DNA of 64,000 bases from Octopus vulgaris (GCA_951406725.2 OX597837.1:44020001-44084000), one strand, 5' to 3'. Shown: positions 27,789-42,477, counted from the stretch's first letter. Made by a program: numbers and translations. Notes: generated from the letters alone by a model not told the origin.

Positions 27789-28201
27789 AGGTAATATTTA
27801 TCTCTCACTGGATCGAGTACTTTTTTGTTGATCGTACTATTGACGAACAGTAAACTGTGTATATATATATATATATATATACAAATTGAGATGTGTGTAT
27901 ATAATGTAAAACATGAACGTTTGACCGTTGATGTTGAGGTAAGTATATACCAAAAGATTCGCGTAAACGAGTGAAGAAGAAGAAGAAGAAGAAGAAGAAG
28001 GAGGAGAAGAAGGAGCTGCAGTAACAGGAGCAGGAGGAGGATGTGGTGGTGTTAAGTCGGTCAAATAGGTCTAACGATGGAAGGCTTTTAGTAATTAAAG
28101 TTCGTATTTCCATAGTAAATTCATCATAACGTTGGAATGGGATGTTTATTCTACGGATTGGATTGCAAGAGAAACGGAAAATAAGTTTAGCTTATCATGT
28201 A

Positions 28202-28390
<189 letters not shown>

Positions 28391-28669
28391 CATATTCATA
28401 TATACATACATACATATATGTGTGTATACATATAGCTATATATATCTGTATTTATATGTGTATATGTAAATATATATGTATGTATGTAAGTGCATATACG
28501 TATAAGTGTATGTGCGTGCGCACATATGTGTGTTGCGCGCGCACCTGTGCTTGTTTATTTTAAGTTTTTTCTCTTAAATTTAAGACTTAGCCTTAACCTA
28601 CCACCTGCTTAATAGCAAAGTTGTGAAAGAAAGCGTCTTATTTTCTTTTCTCCTTTTTTTAGTTTACCA

Positions 28670-29570
28670 TTCTTTAAAACTTCAGAACATCTTGCAGACT
28701 TTTATTGTTCCAGATATGGGGGTTATTAGTAACATCTGAATCAAGGAATTGCTTTCTTTCCTCAAGAATCCTACTTTACTCTAAGCGGTTTGGTACCTAC
28801 CCTGCTGCTCCAATAATAACAGGTATGAAACCGAAAGTGTACCTTGGGTACTGGATTTGCGAACTCTTCTTCAATGTTTCATACGGGTCCTCTTTCCCGT
28901 GTATTTTTCTGCCCACATCAATTGCCAAATGGCAGATAATTTCCACAACTGACCAGTGGTTCTTTTAATTTTTACGTTCTGCCACGGGCTTCTTTCAGTT
29001 TCCGCCTACCAAATCCACTCACAAGGCTTTGGTCGGCCTGAGGCTATAGTAGAAGATACTTGCCCATGGTTTCACGCAGTGGGACTGAACCCGGAACCAT
29101 GTGGTTCGTTAGCAAGCTTCTTACCACAGAAGCCACTCCTACGCCTGTGAATTTTCTAAGCCATTTTCTGCAGAGTTGCTTTCGGTAATATTCCTTGGGT
29201 CCAAATATTCTTCGCTGAAAATATTTGCAGCAGCTCTGCTCCAGTTATTGCTCTACGTATCATGTGTTACCCATATAGGTTACCAGTATCTCTCAACGTT
29301 TTCTTCCCATTCGAGTATCTTTTACAGAGATTAAGCGGTGGTTTACGATGACGCTACGTCAGACTGATTTAAGTTCTCTGGAAAATCGTCTGCTCAACAT
29401 TATAAAGTGCTTTCTAATTTATGCAGATTTATGGTAATTTATATTTTCACTTTTGTTAGATTTGACTCTTAGTTCTTGTTTCATCTGAGGAAGTTTAGAG
29501 TTTAAGGTTTCAAATAATCAACCTCCAAATTGCTCTTCTCATTTCTACTGTAGACTTTCTGACATTTTAT
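28670..29570 (-). mobile_element. Decayed R4/Dong-like (RLE) non-LTR remnant interrupted by a family C SINE (28985-29148)
   Basis: VVEIICHLAIDVGRKIHGKEDPYETL..FIPVIIGAAG..SGTIKVCKMF resembles the RLE endonuclease C-terminus. Confidence 0.6.
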
Positions 29571-29743
29571 GAATGTGTATATGCATATATATATATATAT
29601 ATATATGGGGGGGGGGTGTATCTATATCTGTTGTATCTTGTATGTAAATGTGTTGCATGCATGCATATATATATATATATATTTATATATGCATATATAC
29701 ACACTCACATAAACACACACACACACACACACACATATCTATA

Positions 29744-30530
29744 CAGGGTACGATGGGTAAACTATCGCCATTTATATTTTTAATTTCATGCATGCGTATT
29801 GTTTGTTTTTGATTGTGTCAACTACACAGTATAGTAGGGTCAGTTGGGCACCGACTGTAAGAAAAACAGCACCGTGACTCAATTCACTCTGCCAGAAATG
29901 TGGAAACGACATGTTGCACTGCTTGGCATCGCGCCGGAAACTCCAATACGAACATTTCAGAATGGATGGGAGTCAATCTAAGGACAGTGCAATCTGAGGA
30001 TATGTATCGAGAGGGATAAGAAACAAACATCCAGTCACCATCATGGTGATTGGAGTGATCACTAGTCATGGCGAGGTTATGCCTCCATTCATCTTTCCGC
30101 ATGGCCTCAAACTCAACACGGAGGCCTATATGACAAGTGCTTGGATGAGGTTGTGCTGCCTTGGGTCAAGAGGGTGGCTGCTGGAAGACCCTATGTCTGG
30201 CAACAGGTCGGTGCACCATGCCACACATGCAGGAAAACCCAATCATGGCTGTCAGGCAATTTCTGCGACCACATCACCCCTAACATCTGGCCACCTCGCT
30301 CCCCAGACTGCAACCCCCTTGATTATTATGTGCAGGGCGCAGTTGAGCGAGAGACCAACAAAACACCTTCTAACACCAAAGATGAATTGAAGGCAAGGAT
30401 TATGGCAGCATTCACTAACTTAAACAAGGAGACTGTCCAGAAGAGTTGCAGGAAACTCCGAAATCGTCTGGAGGCCGTGGTTGAAGCCAATGGTGATTTC
30501 ATTGAATAAATTTACTCTTTAGTATTTCAA
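29744..30530 (+). mobile_element. maT-like (DD37D) Tc1/mariner remnant, deleted and 3'-truncated
   Basis: TA|CAGGG start; WQQ(V)GAPCH to WPPRSPDCNPLDYY gives 37-residue spacing with the second Asp mutated. Confidence 0.85.
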
Positions 30531-30735
30531 ATCAGAACTTGCACTAAGAATTAGTCCAAGGTAAAATTACTACCTGCTTTTATAGTAAGTTGATGTAGGT
30601 AGTTTATTCCGTCCCCCGCCCCACCCTACAGCACATCATTAACACTTCTCTCTCCCGGCTTTCTCTCACCGTTTTTTCTCTCGCTCTTCGCCTCTCCCTT
30701 CGACTAACAAGGTGATGCATTGGCCTTATTATACG

Positions 30736-30775
<40 letters not shown>

Positions 30776-30944
30776 TGCATCTGATAGCATAAAAGACTCG
30801 TGGTATTAAAAACGCGAAACTTAGCGTTTCGGCTAAAATGACCGATAGAATAAGTACTAGGCTTACAAAGAATAAGTCCTGACTAAAGTCCGACTAAAGG
30901 TGGTGCTCCAGCATAGCCACAGTCAAATGGGTGAAACAAGTAAA

Positions 30945-31700
30945 AGAGAGAGAGAGTAAAAAGAGCAATGAAAAAGAGAGAATGTGAGTTTCATGAAAAG
31001 AATGGGAGATAGTCAAAAGAGAAAGAATAAGTATGAAGAGAAAACAGAAAGAGGGAGAGATGAGAGAGAGGGGGAGAGAGAAAAGGCAGGTGTGTCAAAG
31101 GAGCAAAGATGCAAACTGACAGAGAGAGATAGGGGGAGAGAGAGAATTGATTGGGTGTGAGATATAGGGTGGAGAGAGAGGGGTGAAAAGGGAGAGTGAG
31201 AGCGAATAAGAGTAAAGGGGAAGAGGAAGGAAGAACGTAACAGGGAGTGGGAGGAAAGAGAAGCAGAAAAGAGAGGGAAGATAGATAGGAGGAGAGAGTG
31301 TGAGGACAAGGAGAGTAGGAAAGAGAGAAAGAAAGAGAGACACAGAGGGGGGAATGATTGAGAAACACAGGTGGAGGTGGGAGAGTAAAAGAAACAAATA
31401 TATGAAAAGCAAACGATAGAGTAAAAGGAGAATCAAAAGAAAGAGAGAAGGAGAGAAAGAGAGAAGGAGACAAAGAGAAAGAAGAAGAGAAGAAAAGTAA
31501 TTGGAGACAGATGATGTATGAAGGTACTCTTACGAGAGAGAGAGAAGATGAGAATGTATTTCATGATAGCCATAATATGGAGGAAAGGAGAAGGGAGAGA
31601 GAAAGGGTAAGAAGATATTGGGTAACTGACGACGGATATAGTAATATATAATGAGAGAGAGAGAGAGAGGGAGAGAGAAAGAGAGGAGACACAGTTATGA
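30945..31700 (+). repeat. Purine-rich (GA) low-complexity tract
   Basis: Strong purine strand bias. Confidence 0.9.
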
Positions 31701-31777
31701 AGAAAGATGTGTGTATATGTTTATAGAGATAGGTAGATAGATAGATAGGTAGATAGATAGATAGAGAGAGAGAGAGG

Positions 31778-31841
<64 letters not shown>

Positions 31842-31846
31842 AAGAG

Positions 31847-31932
<86 letters not shown>

Positions 31933-31933
31933 G

Positions 31934-32010
<77 letters not shown>

Positions 32011-32016
32011 AGGTAA

Positions 32017-32094
<78 letters not shown>

Positions 32095-32391
32095 GAAGAG
32101 AGATATAGCCTGTGTAATTATTTGTTATGACATAACAGTCAGCATGGAACAATTGTATCACGTCACTTCTGATTCAAAAGAAAAACAATGATATGCGTGT
32201 GTGTGTGTTTGTATGCTTGCGTGTGCGTGTGTGTTGTGTGCGGTTATATAATAATAGACAGCTATGTATGTACGAGTTTGACATTTAGCTACAAAAGAAC
32301 ACGTGACACAAGGGCTAGATCCGATTATGTGATATGTATATATGTGTGTATATATGTATATATGTGTGTGTGTGTTTGTATGTATATGTGT

Positions 32392-32440
<49 letters not shown>

Positions 32441-32534
32441 TAGATATAGATATAGATATAGATATTGAAATAGCACTTATCCAATATGTTGTTGAATATG
32501 TCATCATCAAGGCTTCACTTCACCTGTTTATAAA

Positions 32535-32638
32535 TTTAAAATTTTTATCTGAAGATGGTGGATTGTATGCTATGATGTAATCTATAAATACATCAATATA
32601 AATAAAGTTCTACCGAAACAGCTGTCGTAAATTTTAAA
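32535..32638 (+). ncRNA. Type I hammerhead ribozyme motif, Penelope type
   Basis: TTTAAAATTTTTAT-CTGAAGA-T-GGTGGA..TCTACC-GAAAC-AGCT-GTC-GTAAATTTTAAA; intact core, GUC triplet at 32624-32626. Confidence 0.8.
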
Positions 32639-32890
32639 CCCTATTTGTGTTGTCTTTTTATACTAACGCCGCACCTAGAACCAGCCCCGAGTTCGGTCAA
32701 CTGTTTAAATTAGATTCGGTACTTACATAGCTACAGTATCCCACACAATATCCCACAAACACACAATACCTTCATGGTTGTCTTACCCTAACGTGAACCA
32801 TATGTCATTGTACTTTGCCGGTGGATTTAAAAAGCAACGCTATCACCTACAGCTGAATACCAACGCAGGACGCTTATTTGAATCTGTTCA

Positions 32891-33308
32891 GGATCTTTTC
32901 GGTTTGAACGGCAGTTTTTTTCTAGCGGTGTCATATGAAATTGTCACCCATAATTATGACCCTAATATCGATCTATTTCAATCTGTTTTAGGGTTAGGGT
33001 TAGGGTTAGGGGTGGGGGGAAGGGTATATTTTTTCTTCACAAATGTAAATAAACCCAATCTGTTTCTTAAACGAGGGACATATTCATACGGCACAGAATG
33101 TTTTTTACCTCAATAGACGTCATTGATTGGTTGAAATTGCAGAAATTGAAGAAAAAAAACAACAAATATCTTACAAACTATAGAATTTTCTCAATAAAGC
33201 CAAGAGAAAAAGATGTTTTCTAAACACATTCTACCAGTATACAAAGTTTAAAAGTGTTTAGTTAACTAGAAATTATTTTAAAAACTGCCGTTCAAACCGA
33301 AAAAATCC
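32891..33308. mobile_element. MITE with 28-bp TIRs, 8-bp TSD and internal (TTAGGG)4; Merlin-like
   Basis: TIRs GGATCTTTTCGGTTTGAACGGCAGTTTT / AAAACTGCCGTTCAAACCGAAAAAATCC; TSD TCTGTTCA at 32883 and 33309. Confidence 0.9.
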
Positions 33309-33458
33309 TCTGTTCATTTTGAAAGCTTCGTGAGTGATAGACCTTTTGATGAAGCTGCAGCGACTAGAATACATAATTGCATGCAGAGCAAAGTGCAGTC
33401 GCTGCATTCAAAACATATTTTGGTCAGAGTTATATATGCTGTAGAAAACTTTATAATA

Positions 33459-34450
33459 TTGGGTTGTCCGGAAAGTTCGTGCCGATTTTTAAAGGAAACA
33501 AAAAGGTCATTAAATACTTGCCATTACATTTTTAATCAACCAAATATGAACAATTTTCTTCCACAATGCGTCTCCATCTTTAACTTGAAAATACCCTCTT
33601 CCCAGAATTGAGGTGGTTTCATGGCAAAGAATTCATCAAGGTATCTTTTTACGTCATCCAAGGAATTGAAATGTTTACCATCAAGACTATTCTGCAGAGA
33701 CCTGAATAAGTGGAAATCCGAAGGAGCAACATCTGGTGAATATGGAGGGTGGGGTAACACATCCAAGACGAGCTGCAGCAATTTTTGTCTGGTTCCCAAA
33801 GAAAGGTGCGGTCTTGCATTATCATGTTGGAAAACAACACCCTTCCTGTTGACCAATTCCGGACGTTTCTCTTGAATTGCTGCATTTAACTCGTCCAGTT
33901 GTGTGCAATATTTCTCAGAATTAATTGTCTGGTTACTTGGGAGAAGCTCATAGAACAGAATTCCTTTCCAATCCCACCAGACACAAAGCAAGACTTTTTT
34001 AGGGTGAAGACCCGCTTTTGGAGTAGCTAAGGGTGGCTCATGTCGCTTACTCCAGGATCGCTTTCTCAGAACATTTCGGTAGATAATCCATTTCTCATCA
34101 CCTGTCACAATTTACTTTAAATTTTATTCCGTTTATAAAGCGAATCACAGATGGAAATGCGATCCAAAAGGTTCTTCTCACTCAGCTCATGTGGTACCCA
34201 AACATCGTAGCGATTTGTGTACCCAAGCTTTACCAGGTGCTCATGAACGACGGATTTTGATAGGTTGAGGCTTTCTGCCAATTCTCGGGTTGTGCAACGT
34301 GAGTTATTCTCAGTTAATGACTTGATTTGGTCATCACCTGTAGTGGATGGTCTGCCTGATTGCTCTTTATCAATAAGGCTACAATCTCCAACTCGGAACC
34401 TTGCGAACCACTTCCGTACAGTTCTTTCGGATAAAGAAACATCACACACA
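33459..34450 (-). mobile_element. Mariner (DD34D) transposase pseudogene, 5'-truncated
   Basis: WVPHEL, TGDEKW, HDNARPH and YSPDVAPSDFHLF with 34-residue spacing; disrupted at about 34115; TA|TTGGGTTG TIR at 33459. Confidence 0.95.
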
Positions 34451-34460
34451 TACACTCACT

Positions 34461-34513
<53 letters not shown>

Positions 34514-34550
34514 AGTGAGTGCGTATATATATATAGATATCGTAGATAGG

Positions 34551-34614
<64 letters not shown>

Positions 34615-34625
34615 TAGATAGATAA

Positions 34626-34721
<96 letters not shown>

Positions 34722-35083
34722 GTATGTAGATAGATAGATAGGGAGTTGTTTAATATTAAAAGTGTCAAAATCCACATGTAATGATTTAATGAGGACTCAC
34801 CATGATGTATTAAAATCTCAGAAATGCGGCGAGCAAGGAAGTTTACGTAACTGACACGTAGACCCTGACACTTAGGTTCGTTAGCTGCATATTATGCAAT
34901 AATACGAGAAATAAATATTTATACAAAACTTCATATTTTGCAGTTGTTTGGAGAATAAATATTCACAACTTCGTCAGACGATAATGATTTTAAATAACTG
35001 CCAATTCGTCAGGAGTTATAAACGTTAAAATGAGTTTAAAACAACGGTCATTTCAAATTTTTACATATATATATTCTATGTGA

Positions 35084-35125
<42 letters not shown>

Positions 35126-35229
35126 TATATATAAATATCTATATATATATATAAAGAGAGAGAGAGAGAGATGTGTTTGTATATATATATATATATATAT
35201 ATAAATATATATATATATACATATATATA

Positions 35230-36185
35230 ACTTAGATAACTTAGATATGTTTCCACCAAAGATTGTTTGCGCCCATGTCTAACTTAATAGCACCACCTGA
35301 TTAAAAGACTCCGCCGGTTACGACGACGAGGGTCCCAGCTGATACGATCAACGGAACAGCTTGCTCGTGAAATTAACGTGCAAATGGCTGAGCATTCCAC
35401 AGACACGTGTACCCTTAACGTAGTTCTCGGGGATAATCAGCGTGACACAGAGAGTGACAAGGCTGACCCTTTGAAATACAAGTACAACTCATTTTTGCCA
35501 GCTGAGTGGACTGGAGCAACGTGAAATAAAGTGTCTTGCTCAAGGACACAACGCGTTGCCGGGAATCGAACTCACAACCTTACGATCATGAGCCGAATGC
35601 CCTAACCACTAAGCCACGCGCCCTCACAGCACCACCTGATAGGATTAGCTAAATCCTTTTAAGTCAAGTTTTGTGGTATCATGGTCCATTCGGGTAAGGA
35701 GTTCTTGTTGAGTGAGTTGTATCCAGGTATAGGTGGCTTATCCGGTATTCCTTGAAGAAATTTGTCCAGATTCCGTTTAAAGGTAATGGGATCCTTTTCC
35801 TTTTTGATCTCTTTCGGGACAATGTTAAATAGGGCAGGGCCTGTTGAGGAAAAGAAATTGTGTTGCAGTGTGTTTATATGTTGTGATCCTCAATTGGGTA
35901 GGAGACGTAAGACCCATGCTCCTAGCCTTGGATGAATTTTGAAGCTAATGCTGGGGTCGTTTGGGTAATGCTGGCGATATATTCTCCACATCGTGCAAAT
36001 GATGTATCGCTCACAACGGCGCTGGAGAGAGTAGAGTTTCTATGCTTTAAGGCGGTCCCAGTAATCGAGATCAGTCATGCCCTTAATTCTTTCAGTGAAT
36101 GTCCTCTGGGGTGATTCGATTTTCGAGATGTTTTGTTTTGTTTAGGGAGACCACAAGAGGGTATCGGTATTTGAGGTGTGGCCGT
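35230..36185 (-). mobile_element. CR1/L2-group LINE 3' fragment
   Basis: LYSLQRRCERY..GPALFNIVPKEIK..FKRNLDKFLQGIPDKP. Confidence 0.82.
35302..35627 (-). mobile_element. SINE (family D head, family A tail) inserted in the LINE 3' end, 13-bp TSD
   Basis: AGCACCACCTGAT at 35289 and 35628. Confidence 0.9.
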
Positions 36186-36605
36186 ACAAATTCCGCCGAG
36201 GTCGACTTTGCCTTACATCCTTTCGGGGTCGATTAAATAAGTACCAGTTACGCACTGCGGTCGATGTAATCGACTTGACCCTTTCCCCAAATTTTCAGGC
36301 CTTGTGCCTATAGTAGAAAGGATTGTTATACATCTAACGAGTGGCCCTGCCAACTTCTTATTCCAGATTGAAGGAGACGGCAACAACACCTCTTTGCATA
36401 CATTTTGCTTGTCACAGCTGACTGACAGTTTGGAAGCTTGTTGTATAATATATATTCTCGACCCCGTGGGGATGAAAAACCAAAGAGGACTTCGGCTGGA
36501 TTTGAACTCAGAAATGTAAAGATTACTAACAAAATGCTGAGAGGATTTTTGTCCGACACTCTAACGATTCACCCAGTCCATTGCCTTCTTTCTTGCACTA
36601 AAACA

Positions 36606-36992
36606 GTGGAGGCGCTATGGCCCAGTGGTTAGGGCAGCGGACTCGCGGTCATAGGATCGCGGTTTCGATTCCCAGACCGGGCATTGTGAGTGTTTATTGA
36701 GCGAAAACACCTAAAGCTCCACGAGGCTCCGGCAGGAGATGGTGGTGATCCCTGCTGTACTCTTTCACCACAACTTTCTCTCACTCTTACTTCCTGTTTC
36801 TGTTGTACCTGTATTTCAAAGGGCCGGCCTTGTCACTCTCTGTGTCACGCTGAATATCCCCGAGAACAACGTTAAGGGTACACGTGTCTGTGGAGTGCTC
36901 AGCCACTTACACGTTAATTTCCCGAGCAGGCTGTTCCGTTGATCGGATCAACCGGAACCCTCGTCGTCATAACCGACGGAGTGCTTCCATCC
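36606..36992 (+). mobile_element. SINE family A, full length, with TSD
   Basis: CACTAAAACA on both sides; tRNA-like head. Confidence 0.92.
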
Positions 36993-37939
36993 ACACTAAA
37001 ACAACTCTGCAGAAACTTCTGAAATGCACGAGATTGCTTATGGATTAAATGTATGAGCCGAGCATCTGTTTTTCACTGGCACAAAGGGTCAGACAAAGTT
37101 AGTTCACTGGGAAGCTCATGATGGTTTCCTTTTTTGACTGCAAGAGGGATCATCTTCATCCACTGGGTTTCCTCTGGTCAAGCGGTCAAACAAAGATTAC
37201 TTTGTGATGGATTTGAGGAAATTCTGGAAAAGATTTTTTTCTCGAAAATCCAGATCTCCTGCACCGGGATAATGCATCAGTCCAAAATTCCATCCTGGTA
37301 ACCAACTAATTAAAAGGGACGGGTATCAAAACTATCCCTCACCCTCTCAACAGTTCAGCCCTTGTTCCCTGAGACTTTTGGCCGTATCCCAAGCTGAAGA
37401 TGACGGAGGCTGTGACAAGGATCCTGGACGCCCTTCACTTTGAAGGACTTTCGCACATGTGTGTGAGTGTGTGTGGATATATATATATCTTTGTGTGTGT
37501 ATGTATATATTATATGTATGTATATATGTATATGTACGTATATATGTATGTGCATCTATACATGTATATATATATGTATATATATGTATGTATATATATG
37601 TGTGAGTGTGTATACACATATATACTTACACACACAGACATGCATATATATTTATATATATATACATATATATTTATATATATTAACATATATATTTATT
37701 TATTTATATATTTATTTATTTTATATATTTATATATATATGACACATCATTTTTTTTTTGGAAGCTGGTTCATCATTACATCAAAACCTGCAATAGACTC
37801 ATTTTAAGTTGCTTGAAACGAAAAGGGCGCCTAACATTTGGGAGAGACATTTTAGAAAAACATCTGGACGGAGATGATTAAGAAAATGTGAACAGTACGC
37901 GTGCACACACACACACACACGTATAATATAATATAATAT

Positions 37940-38002
<63 letters not shown>

Positions 38003-38067
38003 TATATATATGTATATATGTATATATGTATGTATGTATATATATATATATGCGTGTATGCATATAT

Positions 38068-38135
<68 letters not shown>

Positions 38136-38223
38136 GCGTGTATGCATGTATATATAGACACCTACATATGGCTAATGATGAATACATATATATATGTATA
38201 TATGTATGTATGTATATATATAC

Positions 38224-38345
<122 letters not shown>

Positions 38346-38913
38346 ATATATATATATATATTCACACACAGACACGTGTTTATGTGTGTGCGTATATATT
38401 TATCTATGTACGTATACACGTAAACACTGAATGTACACTTCGCAAAGATGAACAACAACAACAACAACAACAACAACGAGCGGGAAGTGAGTCTGAAGGT
38501 AAAGAAACGAAGAATATTCAGAAAAAAAATCCTAAATTTAGAATCGACCGAAAAGCGAGAGAAGATAAGTGAAGACATTTACGAAGTGTGAAAGAAATGT
38601 CGCTCTTTTAGAAATATATCAAATTTCGGACAGAATAGTTTCTTCCATACAGAAGCAATTAAATTTATTGTTTTTTTGTTTTTTGGGGGGTGAGGGTGGG
38701 GGGTAAGCAGGCGTAAGCTGTATGGTAATAAGTTTGCTTTACCACCACATGGTTCCGAGTTCAGTCCCACTGCGTGGCACTTCTACTATAACCTCGGCTT
38801 GACCAAAGCCTTATGAGTGGATTTGGTAGACGGAAACTGAAAGAAGCCTGTAGTTTTTGCGTGTGTGCGTGTGTGTGTGTGTGTGAGTGTGTGTGTGTGT
38901 GTTTGTGTGTGTA

Positions 38914-38950
<37 letters not shown>

Positions 38951-39347
38951 CCAAGACGTTTTTGCTACTTCCTGCGTAGAGTAGTTATGTAGAGCGGTTA
39001 TGTGCTTCCGGTCAACGATTATGACGAGTTACCTACACCACTAAGAAGGTGTGGAACCGATGGTCACTCTCTGACCGATCGTAACAAACATCCTGGTATA
39101 TATAAAGTTTAATTTAAAACTGAAATTAAGGTGTAGACAGGAGATATTAAAATGCAGTGTCCGAACCTTCTGTTGAGTAATTCCCAAGTAGTATACCTGC
39201 GGAGCACGTTCACCACTTATGGCTACCAGGTGTCATCCGTGGTACTGCGCCTTCGTGGTTGGATCTACATTAGGAATTCCTAGGTGCACGTTGGATATAT
39301 TCTAAATGATTGATACGGAGAATGGAATGTAGCTAGAAGCTTTATTT

Positions 39348-39444
39348 GACACAACAATCGTTTCGGCTGCCTTCTGCACTGCTCCCTATTGGGTAGGGAA
39401 CGATATAATGCATCTCGCAATGCAAAGTAGCCTCATCAGGTGAC
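39348..39444 (-). ncRNA. Type I hammerhead motif with extended, branched stem II
   Basis: CAC-CTGATGA-GGCT..TGCATTGC...GCAGTGCA..AGCC-GAAAC-GATT-GTT-GTG. Confidence 0.75.
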
Positions 39445-39535
39445 GTAATAGGCTTCAAAAGTTATAAGCTTTACATTTTGCTCCAAACTAGATGGAACAT
39501 CCTGAGGGACGACCTAAATAGAGATCGATAGATAA

Positions 39536-39615
<80 letters not shown>

Positions 39616-40616
39616 ATAGATACTCTTTTACTCTTTTGCTTTTTTCAGTCATTTGGCTGCGGCCATGCTGGAGCACCGCCTTAAGTCAAGCAAATCGACC
39701 CCCAGTACTTATTCATTGTAAGCCTAGTACTTATTTTATCGGGCTCCTTTTACCGAACCGCTTGGTTACGGGGACGTAAACACATCAGTATCGGTTGTCA
39801 AGCGATGTTGGGGGGACAAACACAGACACACAAACATATACACACATCCATGACGGGCTTCTGTTCAGTTTCCGTCTACCAAATCCACTCACAAGCCTTT
39901 GGTCGGCCCGAGGCTATGGTAGAAGGCACTTGCCCAAGGTGTCACGCAGTGAGACTGAACCCAGAACCATGTGGATGGTAAGCAAGCAACTTACCACACA
40001 GCCACTCCTACAGATATTTTTTTTAATTCAGAACCAAAAAAAAAAAAAAGAATGACAAGGGAGCTAACCCCCTCAGTCTTGTCTAACGTCTGGCTAACAT
40101 TAAGTGAGAAGAGCCAAGATGAGTCATTCGGCTTTAGTTATGTTTCCTTATTTTGTGCGTGCGGTGGACTTTTGGCGGTGGTTTTTGTAAATTTAATCTC
40201 AGTGGTGATTCAGTCGAATGATGGCAATGTGGTTGTAATAATGAGGATGATGAGGAGGAGGAGGATGGTGTCGATAGCGATGATGATGATGATGATGATG
40301 ATGATGATAACGGTGATAGCTATGGTGGTGGGGGCGGGGAATGAAGCACTGACGACGACGATGGCGACCAAATTGGAGCAAAGAGGTAATAATGGATTAT
40401 AGATGTAGATGATGATGATAATAGCAGTGACGTTGGTGCAGGGGGATGGATAGTGGTAGTGGTGGTGGTGGTGGTGGTGGTGGTGGTGGTGGTGGTGGTG
40501 GTGGTGGTGGTGGTGGCGGCGGCGGTGGTGGTGTTGGTGGTGGTGCAGTTGTTTTTTTGTATTTTTAATCATAGTGGTGATTCAGTTGAACGATGGAAAT
40601 GGGGCTCTGGTGATGA

Positions 40617-40648
<32 letters not shown>

Positions 40649-40985
40649 ATTTATATTAAGTTAATGATGATGACGGCAAGCGGCAGTGAGCTCATGGCTC
40701 CAAGCTGAAGATGATCATAAATACCAACGGTGACTAAGGTGATGATGATGATGATGGTGAGGTGATTGTGGAAGCGGAGGCAGCTGCGTTGGGCCGGTAA
40801 TGATGATGGCGATTATGGTGGTGGTAGTGGTGGAGGCAGTGGTGGTAGTGGTGGTGGCGGTGGTGGTGTTGGTGGTGGTGATGATGATGATGATCTTGAT
40901 GACGACGACGTCGACGACAACGATGATGATGATAATGACGACGACCACTACGGTGATGATGCTGATTATGATGACGACGATGATA

Positions 40986-41025
<40 letters not shown>

Positions 41026-41032
41026 CGACGAC

Positions 41033-41080
<48 letters not shown>

Positions 41081-41445
41081 AGCTGTGGTGGTGGTGGTGG
41101 CGGTGGAGGCGGTGGTCGTCGTCGTCATCGTTATCCTAACAATGATATCACTGATCGCGGCTAACGACGTTTGCTGTTTTAGCCGTGGTACTCTTTAGTG
41201 CCGAGGTACTCCGAGTAGCGATGTTAATACTGATAATGAGAGTGACGAAAGTAAAGAGGAAAGATAACGCTACCATCAATCAACAGGCAGACTTTTGTTT
41301 AAAACTATTCTCTTTGAACCAATGAAGAACTCATAATTTCTTTGAAACTTTGGCAACAGAGAAAAAAAATGGAATCCATCACGAAAGCCATAAAATGAAT
41401 CTTGCTCCACCCACTCTGCTTCCGGGATTCCTTTTATCTGTGTTT

Positions 41446-41481
<36 letters not shown>

Positions 41482-41585
41482 ATGTATGTGTGTATGTATG
41501 TATGTATGTATGTGCGTGTGTGTGTATGTATGTATATATATACAAACACACACATATACATATGTGTCTGTGTGTATGCGTGTGC

Positions 41586-41657
<72 letters not shown>

Positions 41658-42419
41658 ATATATACAGGTAGGTAGATGCATAAACTGACAGATAGACACA
41701 CCGACAGACAGACAGGCAGATAAATAGATACATAGACACTGAGTTTATTACGCTTGTATTACCGTTATACCTGGAACGCAATACGTTTACTTTCTGTGTA
41801 AATGTATACATGAGTATGTGTGTGTTTACACATATAAAAAAATATGCGTACATACTCTCACACACACACATATAAACTTAAGTATATATGTATATGGATG
41901 GATGTATATTTGAAAAGCCAATTATAAAGTAAAAAAAACGCGATGCTGTAAGACGTGGAGAATTATATTGATGCATTACATTAAAGGTAAAATGATTCGT
42001 TACAGACAGCCATATGTTTCCGTCTGTACAAGCTTTTGAAACTGATGAATTTTTAGTTCCGGTGACTAAATTTATAAGAAAAAAACATGAGAAGGGCTTT
42101 CTGAATACATGGGCTTTCTAAATATATTAGAAGATAGGGAGATTTTATATTTTATTCGAAGTAGCGGGGAAATAAATAAATGTGTACTGTAGAGTCAATA
42201 CAGAAATTCAAAAAAAGAATTATAATTTGTATAGGAGATCAGCAAAAGTGAAAACGAAATAATATGTTCATAGTTAAACCCTGTAAGAAAATAATAAAAG
42301 AGAGGATTCAGAAGTTTGGGTGAACTATAAATATAATGAAGTGAGAAAGAAAATTGGCGCAAACGAAATTGTTATTATAAGTCTGAAAACTCACAGAAAA
42401 CAAAACTTTAATTGCATAG

Positions 42420-42477
<58 letters not shown>

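Noticed and set aside
32988-33011. Telomere or chromosome-fusion relic
   Set aside because: Only four units, internal to a TIR/TSD-bounded MITE
40766-41164. Gly/Asp-rich acidic matrix-like protein ORF (similar at 47300 and 54526)
   Set aside because: Mixed GAT/GGT repeat tracts open in several frames, without credible start or splice signals
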